DNA of 35,293 nucleotides. It comes from a virus. Below, piece after piece: positions 32,828 to 35,293 of the stretch (position 1 is the first letter of the stretch; each line of letters opens with the position of its first letter). Made by a program: the position numbers and the translations under genes. The notes under the pieces were generated by a model. The model saw nothing but the letters and a program-made list of their open reading frames with translations, searched no databases and was not told the DNA's origin. The DNA is taken from the IMG/VR virus record IMGVR_UViG_3300045988_085402, positions 1 through 35,293 of that record, one strand, 5' to 3'.

Positions 32828-32860
32828 GGTGGGGGGAAACCGTCAGGGAGTACCCCCACC
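32828..32860 (+). terminator. Hairpin GGTGGGGG ... CCCCCACC after ssb
   Basis: 8-bp G/C stem, 12 nt past the ssb stop. No U-tract. Confidence 0.45.
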
Positions 32861-32905
32861 CACCTCACTACACGTAGACCCTCATAAAACGAAAGACATA
32901 AACCA

Positions 32906-33184
32906 ATGGCTTCATTCGAGATCATGATCGCCTCGCAGCCGTCCTGTCAGCAGTGCCGCTCCTCGAAGCGGTACCTGACCAAGAACAGCACACCCTACCT
33001 GGAGACGAAGTACAAGGACGACGACACCGCGCAGGCGATCGCCTCCACGAACAACTACACGGCCGCCCCGGTCTGCTATGTGATCGACAAGCGCAGCGGC
33101 GATACCGTCGACCACTGGGCAGGGTTCAACATGTTCAAGCTCCGCCAGTGGGCGAACAACTACAAGAAGGAGCTGAGCGAATGA
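32906..33184 (+). CDS. nrdH: NrdH-like glutaredoxin
   Basis: CQQC redox motif near the N-terminus, plus AAPVCYV and DHWAGFNMFKL (compare the NrdH pattern C.QC ... APVV ... HWSGFRPD). Confidence 0.8.
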   Translation: MASFEIMIASQPSCQQCRSSKRYLTKNSTPYLETKYKDDDTAQAIASTNNYTAAPVCYVIDKRSGDTVDHWAGFNMFKLRQWANNYKKELSE

Positions 33185-34335
33185 CCCCCCTGGACGAGGC
33201 GATCATTGAGAACGACGCCCTGCCGCAGCATCAGCGGCGCACCAACCAAGCCATCGCCGACGAGTACGGCACCTCCGAGGCCGCCGTCAGGCGTCACAGG
33301 AAGGCGCTGAAGCGGCGCAGCGAGATGGGCAAAGGCGGCGTTGACGAGTACTTCGGCGTGCCCGTCGAAGCCATCACGGCCCGCGGGAAGACAGTGCGTC
33401 TGGCCGACGGGTCGTACGAGAAGATCACGTACAAGCCTGGCGTTGCCGAGCGCAGCGAGGTGCAGGCCCACCGTTACGAGGATCTTGCGCCGATCTTCGC
33501 AGAGCCGGCCGGCCCGGCCCCTGAGATGTCAACCCCGTCGACGGTTGTGGTCGTGATGTCCGACCTGCAGATCGGGAAGACTGACCGAGGTGGCGGCACC
33601 GAGGAGACCGTCCGCCGGGTCCGTTCCTCTGCCGCCCAGATCGCCGACCATGTGACCGGCCGGTTCCGGAAGGTCATCCTCGTGGACTGCGGCGACTCCA
33701 CCGAAGGGTTCAGCAACACGGTCAGCCAGGCGCAGACCAATGACCTGCCGCTCACATATCAGATCAGGACGGCGCAGGCGTTGCTCGCTGACGCGCTCCG
33801 GGCTCTGGTGCCGGCCGCCCCGGAGGTCACCTACGTGGCGGTCCCGTCGAACCACTGCCAGGTACGTACCGGAATCGGGCGCAGCAATAGGGCCTCGTTC
33901 CCCGGGGACGACTACGGGCTTCTGATCGCCGACAACATCCGGCAGATCATTGCCGGCCGGCCCGGCTACGAGCACGTTCAGTTCGAGGTACCAGAGAAGC
34001 GGTTGGAGTCGCTGACCGTGCGGGCCGCCGACGGGACGGTCATGGGGGTCACCCACGGCCATGCCGCCGGATCGAAGAGCCGGGTCGCGGACTGGTTCCG
34101 GGGGCAGGCGTTCGGATGCGTGGCGGGCATGCAGGACGCCCGGGTGCTTCTGCATGGCCACTGGCATTCCTTCTCGGTGCAGACGGCCGGGGACAGCCGG
34201 CAGATCATCTGCGCGCCGACCGCGGATCCGGGTTCGAGTTGGTTCCAGAACGCTTCCGGCGACTCGTCCGCGCCGGCCGTGTTGACGTTCGAGTTGGGCG
34301 GCGGCACGTCGTCCGGTTGGCGCCTCTGGTCGTGA
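33181..34335 (+). CDS. Calcineurin-type metallophosphoesterase (Mre11/SbcD-like nuclease candidate) with N-terminal HTH-like region
   Basis: Ordered motifs VVVMSDLQIG, VDCGDSTEG, VPSNH, GVTHGH and LLHGHWH. N-terminal QRRTNQAIADEYGTSEAAVRRHRKAL. ATGA overlap with nrdH. Confidence 0.75.
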   Translation: MTPLDEAIIENDALPQHQRRTNQAIADEYGTSEAAVRRHRKALKRRSEMGKGGVDEYFGVPVEAITARGKTVRLADGSYEKITYKPGVAERSEVQAHRYEDLAPIFAEPAGPAPEMSTPSTVVVVMSDLQIGKTDRGGGTEETVRRVRSSAAQIADHVTGRFRKVILVDCGDSTEGFSNTVSQAQTNDLPLTYQIRTAQALLADALRALVPAAPEVTYVAVPSNHCQVRTGIGRSNRASFPGDDYGLLIADNIRQIIAGRPGYEHVQFEVPEKRLESLTVRAADGTVMGVTHGHAAGSKSRVADWFRGQAFGCVAGMQDARVLLHGHWHSFSVQTAGDSRQIICAPTADPGSSWFQNASGDSSAPAVLTFELGGGTSSGWRLWS

Positions 34336-34339
34336 CGCT

Positions 34340-34379
34340 GACGTCGCGGGGTACTCTTGATATGCGGCCCCGCGACGTC
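34340..34379 (+). terminator. Perfect 12-bp-stem hairpin GACGTCGCGGGG ... CCCCGCGACGTC after the phosphoesterase gene
   Basis: Read directly. Starts 5 nt after the stop. 16-nt loop. Confidence 0.55.
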
Positions 34380-34553
34380 CCGCGGTCCGGTCCTCTCCGC
34401 CATCCCCGGCGTCCGAGGGGGCCGGACCCTCCCACGCCCCCCACCCCCCAACGCTCGTGTGGCCGATCTCACGGGCGGACGGGTTGATGGGCGACCCACA
34501 CAGTAGGAGCATTGACCGTGTCTGATAAGTCAACCAACAGAAAGGAAACAGAC

Positions 34554-34775
34554 ATGAACACCACCGCCCAGCTGAACGCCGCCCCCCGCACCGACGCGGC
34601 CGGCAACGCCCTCACCCGGTTCACCCTCACCCTCGACGGCGAGCGGGTCTACCAGGACGTCGACCAGTGGGGACTCCCCTACGACGGCTCCCCCAACAGC
34701 GGCCTCCACGGCGATCTCTGCGCCTGGCTGACCACCATGGGCCGCCTCGACGCGGACGCCCTCAACGCTCTCTGA
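34554..34775 (+). CDS. Hypothetical small early protein (73 aa)
   Basis: ATG 34554 preceded by GAAAGGAAAC. In frame with ORF 34512..34775. Confidence 0.65.
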   Translation: MNTTAQLNAAPRTDAAGNALTRFTLTLDGERVYQDVDQWGLPYDGSPNSGLHGDLCAWLTTMGRLDADALNAL

Positions 34776-34806
34776 ACGATCGCCCACAACCCGGAAGGAG
34801 CCACCA

Positions 34807-35025
34807 ATGAACGCAGCCACCATCGCCCGGATCGCCGCGTGGAACGTCATCGCCGACCAGGAACTGCCCGCCGGCACCAAGGTCACCGTCAAAGACGGGC
34901 GGGTCACCATCCATCCTCGCGGCGGTCAGCCGGCCCACATTCCCTACGGCCCAGCAGACACTCTCGGCAGCCTCTACAGCGCCCTCAAAGACGCGGCCCA
35001 GGCGACCACCAAGACCCCCCACTGA
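34807..35025 (+). CDS. Hypothetical small early protein (72 aa)
   Basis: ORF track. RBS GGAAGGAGCC. Confidence 0.65.
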   Translation: MNAATIARIAAWNVIADQELPAGTKVTVKDGRVTIHPRGGQPAHIPYGPADTLGSLYSALKDAAQATTKTPH

Positions 35026-35072
35026 CAGGCCGCCAGAAGGCCTCCCATGACCCCAGAAAGGAACACCAGGTG

Positions 35073-35293
35073 ATGTACCCTCACCAGCCCACCAAGCCCA
35101 CCCCAATCGAGGACGTCTCTGCCGGCAGCCTCATCATCCGCGAGGGCGCCACCTGGAGAGTCGAATCCAACCGGCCGACCCCGGGACGGCCCGCCTACCG
35201 TACCCTCACCCTCCGCGGCGGCCACGCGGGCGCCCAGAAAGGCTCCTACGCCACCGCCCCCGCCGGCAGCATCGTCATCGTCCGCACCGCCTG
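35073..35293 (+). CDS. Hypothetical small early protein (73 aa) that runs off the window end and finishes at position 56
   Basis: ATG 35073 (GTG 35070 is also possible) preceded by GAAAGGAACACC. MYPHQPTKPTPIEDVSAGSLIIREGATWRVESNRPTPGRPAYRTLTLRGGHAGAQKGSYATAPAGSIVIVRTA. Confidence 0.65.
   Translation, partial: MYPHQPTKPTPIEDVSAGSLIIREGATWRVESNRPTPGRPAYRTLTLRGGHAGAQKGSYATAPAGSIVIVRTA
35239..35293. repeat. Terminal direct repeat, right copy (identical to 1..55)
   Basis: Read directly. Confidence 0.95.

Noticed and set aside
34483-34540. Second sigma-70-type promoter upstream of 34554 (TTGACC at 34512, TTGATG at 34483)
   Set aside because: No acceptable TANNNT -10 hexamer lies 16-18 nt downstream of either -35 candidate. 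It is kept only as a sequence-similarity observation.
27757-35067. Recurrent motif (A)GAAAGGAAC(A)CC a few nt before most early-gene starts (seven-plus copies, for example 28520, 29126, 29707, 30759, 32405, 34539, 35056; also before dnaB on the minus strand)
   Set aside because: It is explained as an extended Shine-Dalgarno. AGAAAGGA is complementary to the ...CCUCCUUUCU-3' tail of Gram-positive and actinobacterial 16S rRNA, so it is not a novel regulatory element. It does support an actinobacterial-type host and helps pick start codons.
1-35293. Searched by eye for tRNA genes, CRISPR repeats, an integrase/attP, CI/Cro repressors, ParAB, toxin-antitoxin pairs and known defence or anti-defence genes
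   Set aside because: None was recognised. Intergenic regions are short, apart from 23453-23656, 24101-24590, 27038-27465 and 34336-34553, and none of these shows a tRNA-like T-arm or spaced repeat arrays. Absence by eye is not proof, and small early ORFs could still be anti-defence genes.

Overview
The window reads as one complete genome of a high-G+C, siphovirus-type dsDNA phage (long non-contractile tail), probably from an actinobacterial host. Bases 1-55 are identical to bases 35239-35293, so the contig closes on itself (unique length 35,238 bp). One small gene runs across the junction.

Layout:
(i) A minus-strand late block runs from 24100 down to 446. It holds an HNH endonuclease, then a lysis cassette (two-domain endolysin, an unlisted 42-aa membrane ORF, a holin-like protein) placed upstream of terS. 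Next come terS, terL, portal, a MuF-like head protein, scaffold, major capsid and four neck proteins. The tail part has a major tail protein with an Ig-like C-terminus, G/GT tail chaperones with a CCCTTTC -1 frameshift site, the tape measure, two distal tail proteins, a 1078-aa fibre and a 229-aa protein. After a hairpin come a clan GH-A glycosidase and a membrane/coiled-coil protein.
(ii) A minus-strand replication block (27037-24591) holds a DnaD-like wHTH organiser, a DnaB-family helicase and a small membrane protein.
(iii) A plus-strand early block (27466-35293, continuing to 580) holds RecT, a resolvase-like nuclease, SSB, NrdH, a dUTPase fusion, a DUF3310-like protein, a metallophosphoesterase and many small ORFs.

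I recognised no integrase, repressor, partition genes, tRNA, CRISPR array, DNA polymerase or primase.

Most notable observations:
- An ORF-free gap (24101-24590) carries a helically phased array of DnaA boxes, an oppositely oriented box pair and a low-GC tract. It looks like an oriC-like module.
- It is flanked by a ~0.7-kb island that is about 90% G+T on one strand, with G-quadruplex motifs.
- The divergent control region has two perfect 20-bp direct repeats and an 18-bp palindrome inside a good promoter.
- Many small early proteins seem to share one alpha/beta layout.
- The dUTPase carries a C-terminal domain that is paralogous to the next gene.

All functional calls come from reading the translations by eye. 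No searches were run.
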